DNA from: an uncultured Acidobacteriota bacterium
GTDB taxonomy: Bacteria > Acidobacteriota > UBA6911
Direction: 5' to 3'
Length of the DNA stretch: 64,000 bases
Assembly: GCA_963827655.1 (NCBI GenBank)
Contig: CAWHCF010000053.1
Span: 38,363 to 102,362 of the forward strand
Under the pieces are notes generated by a model. That model was not told the DNA's origin. It did no database searches and was given only the letters and a program-made list of their open reading frames with translations. The stretch's first letter is position 1; each line of letters opens with the position of its first letter. The position numbers were made by a program, and so were the translations under genes. Of this stretch, positions 38,632 to 48,244 are shown piece by piece.

Positions 38632-39300
38632 ATGGCCGACAACGCGTTTCCAAGCCTGGTCTTGGTGATCCGGCACGGCGAGAAGCCCGGCGCCGCCGGC
38701 GACGACAAGGACGGCGGGCCTCACCTGTCGATCCGCGGGTCGGCACGTGCGGCGGCGCTGCCGTCGCTGTTCATCCCAGGCGGCAAACCGGCGGCGGGCA
38801 CCGAGGAACTGTGCTGCGAGATGTCGCCAGGATCATCGAGTGGCCAAGTCCTCGGCACCTATGCCTTCGGCACGGTGAAGGCCTCGTCCAGCCGATTTCC
38901 GACGCCGAACTATCTCTTCGCGACCGCATCGTCGCACGCCAGCAGCCGTCCGCTCGAGACTATTACCCCGCTCGCCCAGGCGCTGCAGCGCCTGAACGAT
39001 CCGTCGATCGACACCACCATCGACGCCAGCTTCAAGAACAAGCCGGACGACATGCAGAAGCTCGTCAAGACCGTGCTGCAGACACCGGCGACGTACGCGG
39101 GCAAGGTTGTCCTGATCTGCTGGCACCACGGCACCATTCCGGCGCTGGTCGAGGATTTCGGCGTGCCGAAGCACGAACTCAAGGGCTGGGATCCGTTCCC
39201 GTCGAAAGTCTTCGACGTCATGATGCAGATCACGTGGAGCGGCGGCCAGGCAAAGATGGCGGTGGGCTTTCAGCAACTGTTGTTCGGTGACACCACATGA
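38632..39300 (+). CDS. Histidine phosphatase superfamily protein
   Basis: IRHGEKP, GSARA, RPLETITP, VLICWHHGTIP. Confidence 0.82.
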   Translation: MADNAFPSLVLVIRHGEKPGAAGDDKDGGPHLSIRGSARAAALPSLFIPGGKPAAGTEELCCEMSPGSSSGQVLGTYAFGTVKASSSRFPTPNYLFATASSHASSRPLETITPLAQALQRLNDPSIDTTIDASFKNKPDDMQKLVKTVLQTPATYAGKVVLICWHHGTIPALVEDFGVPKHELKGWDPFPSKVFDVMMQITWSGGQAKMAVGFQQLLFGDTT

Positions 39301-40349
39301 CGACCAGAGGCGACGGCACGCGGCAGACGAAGCAGTCAGGCAAGCCGCCGGACAAATGCGGCAACTTTCCATCGGGCTCGATCACCACGGTCCTCGACGC
39401 CCCCGACCGCGATCTCGAGACGTCGCCGCTTCCCAGGATGTTTCGCAGCTGCCTCGACCCGCTCAAGCAGGACCCGAAACCACCCTCGGTGAAGGGACTG
39501 AAGGAGATTAACGCCTCGGGAAGCGCGCAGTACTCGAGAGGTCAGATGGCGGCCGTCCTCGGTTCGGGGCGGGTGCGCAAGCCGCTGATGGTCGTGGACC
39601 TGCGGCAGGAGTCGCACGGTTTTCTGCACGTCAAGCAGCCGCTGTTCGAAGAGTCGACGATTGCGGTCGGATGGTTTGTCGAGCGCGACTGGATGAACGT
39701 CGGCAAGGGTCTTCCCAGCATCGAGCTCGATCAACGCCAGCGACTCTCCGACGCGGCGCGGACGCCGCAGCTCACCGTGAACTGGATTTCCAAGAAGACG
39801 GCCGAAGACGGCATCTGCATCGCCGACCCGTATGTCGTCTATCCATCGGCACCGGCGAGCGAGCAGGAAATCGTGGAGGCGATGGGGCTGAAGTACCTTC
39901 GCTTCCCGACCACCGACCACGTGAGGCCCCGCGACGCGGAGGTCGACGAGTTCATACGCATCGCTGCGAAGCTGACCCGAGACACCTGGTTGCACTTCCA
40001 TTGCCGAGGCGGCGACGGCCGCACCACGACGTTCATGGTGATGTACGACACCATGTGCAACGCCCCTGCCGTCTCAGTGGACGACATCGTGCGCCGGCAG
40101 TTTCTTGTCGGCGGCGCCGATCTCGACAAACCGGCGGACCCGGCCAGCTTTGCCTTTCCGTTCGCCGTCGAGCGGCGTGACTTCGTGCGCGACTTCTACG
40201 ATTACGTTTGCGCCGCGAAGCCCGGTCGTTACACGCTCACCTGGTCGGCGTGGGTGGCGAAGAAAGGACCGCCCGCGTCCAAAGGTCGCCGTCGCACGCC
40301 GCGCGCGCGAGCGAGCGCGGAAGCGGCGCTGATCCAGTCCATCACGTGA
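39297..40349 (+). CDS. PTP-like inositol polyphosphatase (cysteine phytase family)
   Basis: SGSAQ, VDLRQESHG, TDH..P, HFHCRGGDGRTT (CX5R). ATGA overlap. Confidence 0.9.
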   Translation: MTTRGDGTRQTKQSGKPPDKCGNFPSGSITTVLDAPDRDLETSPLPRMFRSCLDPLKQDPKPPSVKGLKEINASGSAQYSRGQMAAVLGSGRVRKPLMVVDLRQESHGFLHVKQPLFEESTIAVGWFVERDWMNVGKGLPSIELDQRQRLSDAARTPQLTVNWISKKTAEDGICIADPYVVYPSAPASEQEIVEAMGLKYLRFPTTDHVRPRDAEVDEFIRIAAKLTRDTWLHFHCRGGDGRTTTFMVMYDTMCNAPAVSVDDIVRRQFLVGGADLDKPADPASFAFPFAVERRDFVRDFYDYVCAAKPGRYTLTWSAWVAKKGPPASKGRRRTPRARASAEAALIQSIT

Positions 40350-40867
40350 CCGTCGAAGATGGAGTCGAGCTGATCCGCGGGATGCGCGTGACCACGCGAG
40401 GCACGTGGGCCGACCTCGGCTGCGGGGACGGGACGTTTACGCTGGCGCTCGCCACCATATTGAAAAGGACCAGCACAATTCACGCGATCGATCGCGATGC
40501 GGCGGTGTTGAAACACATCCCGAGCGAGTACACCGGCACGACGATCGTCACCCATCACGGCGACTTCACGAAGCAGCCCTGGCCGTTCGGGCCGCTCGAC
40601 GGGGCACTCCTCGCAAACTCATTGCACTATGTCAGCAACCAGGAGGCATTCATCCGCGCCTGCGGCCAGGCCATGAATCAGCCTCACCGGTTCCTGATCG
40701 TCGAATACGACACCGACAGAGCCAACCCCTGGGTGCCGTACCCGATCAGCCAGCGCAGCCTCGAGCAGCGGTTCGGCAGCGCTGGCTACACGTTCACGAG
40801 CCTCGGCACACGCCCCTCGATCTATCAACGAGCACCGATCTACGCGGCGTTGGTGGAAGGACGTTGA
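40346..40867 (+). CDS. Class I SAM-dependent methyltransferase
   Basis: WADLGCGDG, AIDRD, GDF, ANSLHY. GTGA overlap. Confidence 0.85.
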   Translation: MTVEDGVELIRGMRVTTRGTWADLGCGDGTFTLALATILKRTSTIHAIDRDAAVLKHIPSEYTGTTIVTHHGDFTKQPWPFGPLDGALLANSLHYVSNQEAFIRACGQAMNQPHRFLIVEYDTDRANPWVPYPISQRSLEQRFGSAGYTFTSLGTRPSIYQRAPIYAALVEGR

Positions 40868-41056
40868 GCCCCGGCCGTGCCACACGGGACTGAACAATTA
40901 CCGAACATCGGGCGCGGCATGGTCCATCTTCACTCAAGACGCAAGGCCGGCATCGGTTCCACTGGTGTGGCTCGTCTCGAGAAGACCGACCGCGCCGGCA
41001 CAATCGTCATCCCGGCGGACAGGACATCTCCAGCGGCGGATTGGTTTGCTCGTGGT

Positions 41057-41719
41057 TCAATTCGCGGATTTCTTTAAGCGAAAGTTGAGCTCCAGCTTGA
41101 TTTCGTCGTCGACGCTCAACACCGACATCACACTTGGCTTCGTGAGTCGGAACTTGTCGAACCCGAACTTCGTCGCCGCTTTCCCCGCGATCTCGCTCTG
41201 GCTGAACGAGGCCGTGACGTCCCAAGTGACTTCGGCCGTCACGTCTTTGATAGTCATGTCCCCGAGGAGCTGGAAGCGAGCTTCTCCCGATCCCGGGATG
41301 GGGGAAGGAAGCCCCTGTACCCGCTTCGGAACGAAGACCGCCCGGGGAAAGCGCTCGGTTTCCAGCGTGCGCCGCCGCAGATAGTTGTCACGCCGGTCGC
41401 GGTCGCTCTTCAGGGTGGTGAGATCAACGGTCAGCTTTGACTGATCGGCCTGGACGCTATTATCCGGACCCAGCACGAGGCGGCCTTCGACACCCTGGGT
41501 CGTCCCGACTGCGTCATTGGGAAACTCCACTCCCGCGAGCTGTTCTCGCACCCTGTAATTCGCCGTCGAACCTTCTATCACGTCGAGCCGCACAAGGGCC
41601 GATGTTTGACTCGGCACCTCCTCTAACGCCCGCGCCGATAACGCCCCCAACCGGTGATTGCCGGCTGTACCGGACAGCAGCAACACAACCAAAAGCAGAC
41701 GATGCTTCAGTTCAAACAC
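41057..41719 (-). CDS. YceI family lipid/polyisoprenoid-binding protein
   Basis: Signal peptide, YRVREQL, LKSD...RDNYL, GDMTIKDVT. Confidence 0.88.
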   Translation of the reverse strand: MFELKHRLLLVVLLLSGTAGNHRLGALSARALEEVPSQTSALVRLDVIEGSTANYRVREQLAGVEFPNDAVGTTQGVEGRLVLGPDNSVQADQSKLTVDLTTLKSDRDRRDNYLRRRTLETERFPRAVFVPKRVQGLPSPIPGSGEARFQLLGDMTIKDVTAEVTWDVTASFSQSEIAGKAATKFGFDKFRLTKPSVMSVLSVDDEIKLELNFRLKKSAN

Positions 41720-41988
41720 AATATGATCCTCCTCCGCTATGAGCCGAATCGACGCCCCTCGATGCCTGCGACCTCGCCGCTCGAGATCGCAGGGTCAGCC
41801 TCCGAACGCGAGAAGGGCGATCCTGTCTGTTGAATATACGACGGAGCTGGCTCGATATTTCTCGGCTTGGAGCGGGTGGCGCGCCATGGCAGCTACCGGA
41901 ACAGCGCGAACCCTAAGACCTCCGGGCGTCAGCGAAGCCGACCACATCCTCGGAAAGAAGCCGGCCAGGCGACCCGGTCGCAGAGAGC

Positions 41989-42300
41989 TCAAAAGCCGAG
42001 CGCGAACAGAAGACCTTGTCGGATCTCGGCGAGTTTTCTGACGCTCAGCGTCGCAATCAAAGGTCCTATCTTGCTCCTGGAGACGGTCTGAACGTGGTCC
42101 AGGTTGACCGCGCAGTCTGTCGGCATGCCGTCGCCCCGTCCCAGGAAGACTTCGGTAGGAATGTCACGAATGGTTGATGTGACGGGCGCTACAGTGACTT
42201 CTCCCAGGAATTCCAGGGCGGAATCTCTAGTCAAAATCACCACTGGCCGACGCTTATCCGGCTTCGCAAACCTGTACCATCGCACGTCGCCTCGCTTCAT
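41989..42300 (-). CDS. mazF: MazF/PemK family toxin
   Basis: MKRGDVRW, KRRPVVIL, VAPVTS, VNLDHVQTV. Confidence 0.92.
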   Translation of the reverse strand: MKRGDVRWYRFAKPDKRRPVVILTRDSALEFLGEVTVAPVTSTIRDIPTEVFLGRGDGMPTDCAVNLDHVQTVSRSKIGPLIATLSVRKLAEIRQGLLFALGF

Positions 42301-42530
42301 TCGTCGCCCCAGATCTGTTCGGTTGCCCAGGCGCTGAATTCACCGGGACGGACCGGCTTTCGTGCATAGCCCTCGCGGTGTCTGCGCTCGAGGTCCAAGA
42401 TGCTCAATTTCTTCAACGCCTCCTGAAGCGCCCTTCGAGCGAAGGCGGAGCGCGTAGTCCCCAGCCGCTTGACGGCCCGGTCGACCGCTTTGACGAGTTC
42501 TTCGTCCAAGGTCATTTGTACCGTCTTCAT
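42297..42530 (-). CDS. Ribbon-helix-helix antitoxin
   Basis: MKTVQMTLDEEL, TRSAFARRAL. ATGA overlap with the toxin. Confidence 0.9.
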   Translation of the reverse strand: MKTVQMTLDEELVKAVDRAVKRLGTTRSAFARRALQEALKKLSILDLERRHREGYARKPVRPGEFSAWATEQIWGDE

Positions 42531-42828
42531 GCTCCTCCTTTCGTATAGCGGACCGAATAGCTATAGTAATCCACATTCACACGTCCGAGCAACCAATACC
42601 GCCTGCGCGGCAAGCGCGGTGCCGTTTCTGTCTTGCGCGGGACTATGATCGAGCGATTGAAGAAACTGCAGAAACACTCGATATGGATGGGAATTCTGCC
42701 GCGGCGCCCGGAACGGTTGGGCTGGTTTTCGTGCAGAAGGGAATGTGCGAGAAGGCGATCGGGGCCCCGGTCAAAAGCCGGGGCCCCGTGGTCAAGGCGC
42801 GAGTGGGATGCGTCTTGACTCGCGGCAT

Positions 42829-43470
42829 CTACAGCAGGACAGTCAGGACGCCGGTCGCGATGAGTGCGACCGCCCAGACCACATCGAGGTTGAACCACGC
42901 TTTTCGCAGGATGCCAACCCCGACTTTCGCGAACACCAGCCACGCCACTGCCGCAGTCACGATGAGGTAACCGGCGCCATGGACGAATGTCGCAACCACT
43001 GCGGCCGCCGCGTCGCTTGAAGCGTCGGCCGGCGCGTGACAGCTCGCGCCGAGGCCAGTCGCCGTCATGCCGAGAAAAACGGGCAGCACCATGAGGCCTG
43101 CTCCGTGGCACGTGGCCATCAGAAACGACCACACGGTCAGGCCGCGCATGCCCACGCGCATGCCGGCGCCGGCAAAGTGGGCGTGGCGCACCAGCCGGTA
43201 GACCCCCAGCGCTGCCAGCGTTACCGCCACCGGAAGCTTGAGAGACGCGGACGGCACAGCCAAGCCCGCGAACGCCGCGACCAGCACCACCGCGCCGATG
43301 GCCAGGCCGTGGCCGAGCGTAAGCGGAATCAGAGCTTGCCACACCGCCCGCATTCGCCGCTCCTGCATCCCCAGCGCAACGGCGAACAGCCAGCCCATGC
43401 CCGGATTGATCCCATGAAACGCCCCCAGCAACAGAATCGTGGCCAGAGGTAACAGCTGTTGCGTTTCCAT
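42829..43470 (-). CDS. Membrane protein coupled to SBP56
   Basis: GAFHGINPGMGWLFAVA, LGH, HGAGLM, AWFNLD. Starts 3 bp after the SBP56 stop. Confidence 0.8.
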   Translation of the reverse strand: METQQLLPLATILLLGAFHGINPGMGWLFAVALGMQERRMRAVWQALIPLTLGHGLAIGAVVLVAAFAGLAVPSASLKLPVAVTLAALGVYRLVRHAHFAGAGMRVGMRGLTVWSFLMATCHGAGLMVLPVFLGMTATGLGASCHAPADASSDAAAAVVATFVHGAGYLIVTAAVAWLVFAKVGVGILRKAWFNLDVVWAVALIATGVLTVLL

Positions 43471-43473
43471 GAT

Positions 43474-44880
43474 TCACCCCGAGTAGCAGTACGAATCCGA
43501 GGACGCGTCTCCACCGTCAAGGTGCACTTGATGGGGACGCAGCCCATTGAACTCCAGCAAGAAGTTCCGGTCGAGTTGCACACCGCCGTCGCCGCCTGCA
43601 TCGACTTTGGCCATCCATCCACGAATGCCGTCCGGATAGAACTGCTCGTCCCAGGACGAGTAGAGCGAGTTGGTAACGTACACACGCCGTCCATCGCGGC
43701 TGATCTCCACCATCTGCGGACCGCCGTTCAACGGGACGCCAGGCTTGCCTGGATGGGACGCGCGCCGCACGATGCCGCCGATCTTTATCGACCCTGCGAG
43801 CTTGGGATTGAACGGATCCGCCACGTCGTACTGCTGCAACTCGCCCGTGCCCCAGCAGGAGACGTACAGGTAGCGGTCATCGAGTGAAAGGTTGATGTCG
43901 GTTACCAGAGGCGGCACCGCCTTGAAGCCCTGCAGCAGCGGCGGCAGTGAGTCGGAATCGGCAGGTTCCGCCGGGATCTCGATCACCTTGCGCACCTTGA
44001 ATTCGCCGTCGGCGTTCTCGCCTTCTCTGTACCAGAGCCAAACCGACGCCGAGAGGTCTTTCAGCGACGTCACCACGCCGGCGAATCCGTAGGCCTTGGC
44101 CGGGTCATGCGCCGGACGCAGCTCGAGCACCATCTGCTGCTCTGACCCGAGATCGAGCACCTGGCGGTGCCGCCGGCGCCGCAGGTCCCAGACATGCAGC
44201 CGGTGGCCGTACTTGCCGGCCAGCAGCAACTCTGGGTTGACGCCGCTTTCGTACATGTTGGGTGTACCCCACTCGCTGGTGATCATGGTGTCGCAGCCCA
44301 TATGCCACCAGAAGTCGTAGGCCAGATACTGGGGACCTCGGGCCAGTTCCCAGCGGCCGCGCACCTCGAACGTTTCCGGGTCCATCATGAAGATGCCACC
44401 CGGGCCGTCACCGTCGGTCGAACCCAGAGCATTGAGGTAGATGCCGTCGGGTCCGCAGTGCGCCGTGTGGGGCCGGCTGTAGCCAGTCCGGCGTGTCACA
44501 GTCTCCGGCTCTATCACCTTGACGATCTTGGGCCGCCGCGGATCGGGCTTCGTATCAACGATGTGGATGCGCGAGGATCGCATCCCGGGCACGATGAGAT
44601 AACGCCGCTGCATGTGCGGATGCGGCGAATATGGGCACAGGCACGAGCTGCAGGCGTTCCATCCGAAGTGATGCAGCTCATCTCCGGCACTGGGCATCTC
44701 CACACGTCCGACGACACGGCCGTAAGTCTTTGAGGCCGGCTCGACGTCCACCACCGCCAACGCATCCGGCCGCGTGCGCGTCGGCTCGAGCAAGGCCACG
44801 TACGCCAACTCTTCCCGCGGCGACTGCGTCGCCATCGTCGGCGTCGGATAGAACGTTTGATCGGGTCTCCACTGAGTCAT
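43474..44880 (-). CDS. Selenium-binding protein SBP56 (methanethiol oxidase-like)
   Basis: GDELHHFGWNACSSC, SSRIH, PHTAHC, SEWG, GGPQM, YVTNSLYSSWD.QFYP, GGDASSD. Confidence 0.93.
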   Translation of the reverse strand: MTQWRPDQTFYPTPTMATQSPREELAYVALLEPTRTRPDALAVVDVEPASKTYGRVVGRVEMPSAGDELHHFGWNACSSCLCPYSPHPHMQRRYLIVPGMRSSRIHIVDTKPDPRRPKIVKVIEPETVTRRTGYSRPHTAHCGPDGIYLNALGSTDGDGPGGIFMMDPETFEVRGRWELARGPQYLAYDFWWHMGCDTMITSEWGTPNMYESGVNPELLLAGKYGHRLHVWDLRRRRHRQVLDLGSEQQMVLELRPAHDPAKAYGFAGVVTSLKDLSASVWLWYREGENADGEFKVRKVIEIPAEPADSDSLPPLLQGFKAVPPLVTDINLSLDDRYLYVSCWGTGELQQYDVADPFNPKLAGSIKIGGIVRRASHPGKPGVPLNGGPQMVEISRDGRRVYVTNSLYSSWDEQFYPDGIRGWMAKVDAGGDGGVQLDRNFLLEFNGLRPHQVHLDGGDASSDSYCYSG

Positions 44881-45300
44881 TTCTGTCTCCTTTTCTCTAT
44901 GTTGCAAAAGTGTGAATTCAGGCGTTGATGCATTCGGTTTCGATGCGTATTGAAGGCAGGTCGCCGATTTTCCACTGGGAATAGACGGCGCGCGGATCCG
45001 GACGCTTCAGCTGATGGACGTCACTGTTGATGTCTCCGTCGTCAGTTGCAGCTTTGCGCGTGCTCTCGAATCTTTGTTTCATCCACTGCATGTCGAGCAT
45101 GGTTGGTTCTCCTCTCGTCGAGCTGTCCCTGCGGCGATTCATCGCCGCTCACCCCCTACGTGCGCAAATCAGGCGGGCGAGGGATCACAGAAAATGAGGA
45201 GGAAAGGAAAAAAGTTGGCTGGGTTGTGAAAAAATTGGTCTGTGCCGCGGGTCAGACCGGTCGCAAACCAACGCGATCGGGAGGATTTAGCCTTAAGAAG

Positions 45301-45449
45301 TTCATTTCCTGTCATTGGTCATTGGTCATTTTTCATTTGTCATTAATAGGGGTAACAAGGCCCGCGTAGTCTGCGAGCGCAAACCCGGCCCGCAGCACCC
45401 ACTAATGACAAATGACAAGTGACGTAATCGGGAGCGATTAACCAATGAA
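45301..45449. repeat. Inverted heptamer tandem repeats (TCATTGG / AATGACA)
   Basis: gtcattggtcattggtcatttttcatttgtcatt versus aatgacaaatgacaagtgac. Confidence 0.7.
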
Positions 45450-45627
45450 AGCTTTTGTGCCACCAGGGGTCGGACGGGCTTGATTAGCCCGTCCGCACAT
45501 GAATCCGGCGACCTTTGCAATGGGCTGGAACAAGCCAGGCTGCTGGGCGGCACGGGGTCTGGCGAACAACGCTGCGCCCATCAAGTGCGGGCAAGATCAC
45601 ATTGGCATTGGAAATCCCATGTCGGTT

Positions 45628-48042
45628 TCAACGGGGCTGCGTACTCGGCTGTCTCTTATCTCTCGCGGCTTGAAGAGCCTCCAGGGCTGCGCTTCGTAAA
45701 TCCGGCCACTGGGTCTCTGACGCCTTCCGCAAGTGCGTGGTCGCTAATTCGTAAGCGCTTTCGTTGAGCAAGATCATCCCCAGGTGAAAGTGGGACTGAT
45801 GGTCGTTTGGGTCGGCCCGGATCGCGGCCTCAAAATGTCGCCGGGCTTCTGTTTTGTCTCCTTGCCGGAGCAGAGCGAGGCCCAGATTGAAATGGGCTGA
45901 CGCCAACCCGGGCTTCGCCTGGATTGCTTGCCGGTAGAACGCGATCGCCTCGTCCGACCGCCCCTTCTGGACCAGTACCAATCCCAGGCTTGTGGCCGCC
46001 TCGGCTTGCCGGGGATCCAGTTTAAGCGCCGACCGCAACTCGGCCTCAGCCTCTTCGAGCATTCCGTTTTCCGCCAGTGCGCGGCCGTAGTTGTAGCGCG
46101 CGACCGCGTATTCGGGATCGAGCCGGATGGCCTGCCGGAAATGACGCTGGGCCTGCTGGAAATCACCTTGCGCATTCAAGACGTTGGCCAGGTTGTTGTA
46201 CGCCGGGGCAAACCCGGGTCTGGCCCTGATGGCGTTCATCAGGGCGTCGAGCGCGGCGGGCCGGTCGCCGGTACGGAAGAGAGCATTGCCCAGGTTCAGG
46301 TGGGCTTCGGGCAGGTCAGGCGCGACAACCAGGGCGCGGCGAAATGACGTCAGCGCTGCGTCCAGCTTTCCGAGTTCCATGTACGTCGACCCCAACGTAT
46401 TGAGAGTCGCCGGATCGTCGAGTGCATCCCCGCTCGCTGCTTCCAGCGATTCCACTGCGGCGGTCAACCGGCCGAGCTTGCTCAGGGTCAATGCATGCTC
46501 CCTTCGGGCCGAGAGCAAATTCGGGTTGCGGCGGAGCGCTTCCTCATAATAGTGAACCGCCGTTTCGTTTTTTCCGGACTTCACGTAAGCGCTGGCCAGC
46601 TCCAGGTAGAATTCCGCCTGTCGAGGCCTGAAGGCTTCAATCGCCTTGTGCAAGCGGGGAATGCCGTCCTTGAGGTTGGCGCCGTCAGTAACCTGGGCGG
46701 CTGCGAGGTAAAGCTCGGTTTCCGGGCTTTGCGGCAGTCGCGTCGGGTAGAGCAGCGATACTTCTCCCTGGTAGGCGGTTCGGTCGTCGTCGTGAACCTC
46801 CTTGAGCGGCGCCAGCAAGTCGCGATCCGCCTTGCGGCGCTGTATGTAGTGATCCGTCATTGCGACGTGGACCACATCGCTGGTACGGCGCTTTGGCATG
46901 TGGCATCCCACGCAGTCTTCGGTTGCGTTATGGGCGGACGCGTGACAACTTCGGCACGCCTGAACGTAGCGCTGGCGGGCCTCATCAGCGCGCGGCTTCT
47001 CATGGGGGTCGTGACAGGTGGTGCACGTCAGCGCGCCGTTGCTCTTCAGGAAGCATGCCGATTTGAGAAGACGGTACGCGGAATGCGCAATCTCGAACTT
47101 ATCGTCGTATCCGGCGCCCGCTGCATGGTCGAAGTGCAGGATGTAGCTTTCCAGCGGTTCCCCGGGCCGATATGAAAAATAGCCGCGATCATAGCGCCGG
47201 ATCGCATAGGGCAGCCGGCGGCTGGTCGATTCCAGGTGGCACTGCAGGCACACTTCGAGTTGTCTTTCCCGGCTCAGCCGCGCCGGGTTGACAATGGCTT
47301 TCCGGATGGTCTCAGGCGATGCTCCCGTCCGGACGCTCTGAACATGCCCCTGGCCCGGTCCATGACACCTCTGGCAATCAATACCCTCGGGAATCGCTCC
47401 GGGAAGAACAAGCTCTCTCACACTGGGACCCGTGCTGCGTGCAAGCTCCGGGTACGCGTTGTGGCAGAAGAAGCATTCCCGATCGATTCTGCGGCGGAAG
47501 TCCATGTGGTCCGGACGGTCGTAGCCCGGATTCATCCCCCAGAAACCGCCGTTCCCCGCGTACCAGGCTACAGGCAGTTGCACTAATTGACCGTTGGGAG
47601 TCAGGTGCAGATAGGAACGCGCATGATTCCCGGAGCCGAGGACGAAATGAACCTCTTTCTCGATGACGTTCGTTTCTCCGCCGTCGGGCGCGATCTGGCG
47701 CCGGCGCTGGTAATACCGCCCGCCGCGCTCGTACATCGTGTAATGCTGGTCGGAAGCTTCGTGGAAGAAACTGTTGTTTTGCGAGTAATCCTCTACTTTG
47801 TTTTCCGGCCTCGGGCGATAGAAGGACCTTCCCATGCCGGTGCGGCGATAACTTTCGTAGATCTTCTGGTGACAGGCGGCGCAAGCGGCGGGATCGAGAT
47901 ACCCCGCGTCCTCACCGGAAATGAAAAGCCGCCCCGCTCCGGCAAAGGCGGGGAGGCAGACAGCCAGCAAGACCGCCAGGCCTCGCCTGCGCCGCCGCCC
48001 ATTATCGCCGGTGAGACGTGATGCCAAGCGGATAACCTCCAT
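45628..48042 (-). CDS. Multiheme c-type cytochrome fused to TPR repeats
   Basis: Seven CxxCH motifs (CAACH, CFFCH, CQRCH, CLQCH, CTTCH, CRSCH, CVGCH), about ten TPRs, signal peptide. Confidence 0.9.
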   Translation of the reverse strand: MEVIRLASRLTGDNGRRRRRGLAVLLAVCLPAFAGAGRLFISGEDAGYLDPAACAACHQKIYESYRRTGMGRSFYRPRPENKVEDYSQNNSFFHEASDQHYTMYERGGRYYQRRRQIAPDGGETNVIEKEVHFVLGSGNHARSYLHLTPNGQLVQLPVAWYAGNGGFWGMNPGYDRPDHMDFRRRIDRECFFCHNAYPELARSTGPSVRELVLPGAIPEGIDCQRCHGPGQGHVQSVRTGASPETIRKAIVNPARLSRERQLEVCLQCHLESTSRRLPYAIRRYDRGYFSYRPGEPLESYILHFDHAAGAGYDDKFEIAHSAYRLLKSACFLKSNGALTCTTCHDPHEKPRADEARQRYVQACRSCHASAHNATEDCVGCHMPKRRTSDVVHVAMTDHYIQRRKADRDLLAPLKEVHDDDRTAYQGEVSLLYPTRLPQSPETELYLAAAQVTDGANLKDGIPRLHKAIEAFRPRQAEFYLELASAYVKSGKNETAVHYYEEALRRNPNLLSARREHALTLSKLGRLTAAVESLEAASGDALDDPATLNTLGSTYMELGKLDAALTSFRRALVVAPDLPEAHLNLGNALFRTGDRPAALDALMNAIRARPGFAPAYNNLANVLNAQGDFQQAQRHFRQAIRLDPEYAVARYNYGRALAENGMLEEAEAELRSALKLDPRQAEAATSLGLVLVQKGRSDEAIAFYRQAIQAKPGLASAHFNLGLALLRQGDKTEARRHFEAAIRADPNDHQSHFHLGMILLNESAYELATTHLRKASETQWPDLRSAALEALQAARDKRQPSTQPR

Positions 48043-48244
48043 TCACGAACTCCACGGCCTTAAAGGCGTGGCGAAGCAAGCTTCGCGAAACTAGGGCGGT
48101 AGCAAGCTCTTAACCTTACACGCATCTCATCGGTCTCGGCGATTTCGCCCCGGAGGGGCGACGGAAATTAGCCCCGGGCAAGCGAAGCGCAGCCCGGGGT
48201 TACGGGTTTATAGTTAATGCGCCCTGAAGGTCCTGTGTTGTGAG

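Noticed and set aside
44918-45142. Small ORF upstream of SBP56
   Set aside because: No recognisable motif, so it cannot be supported as a gene.
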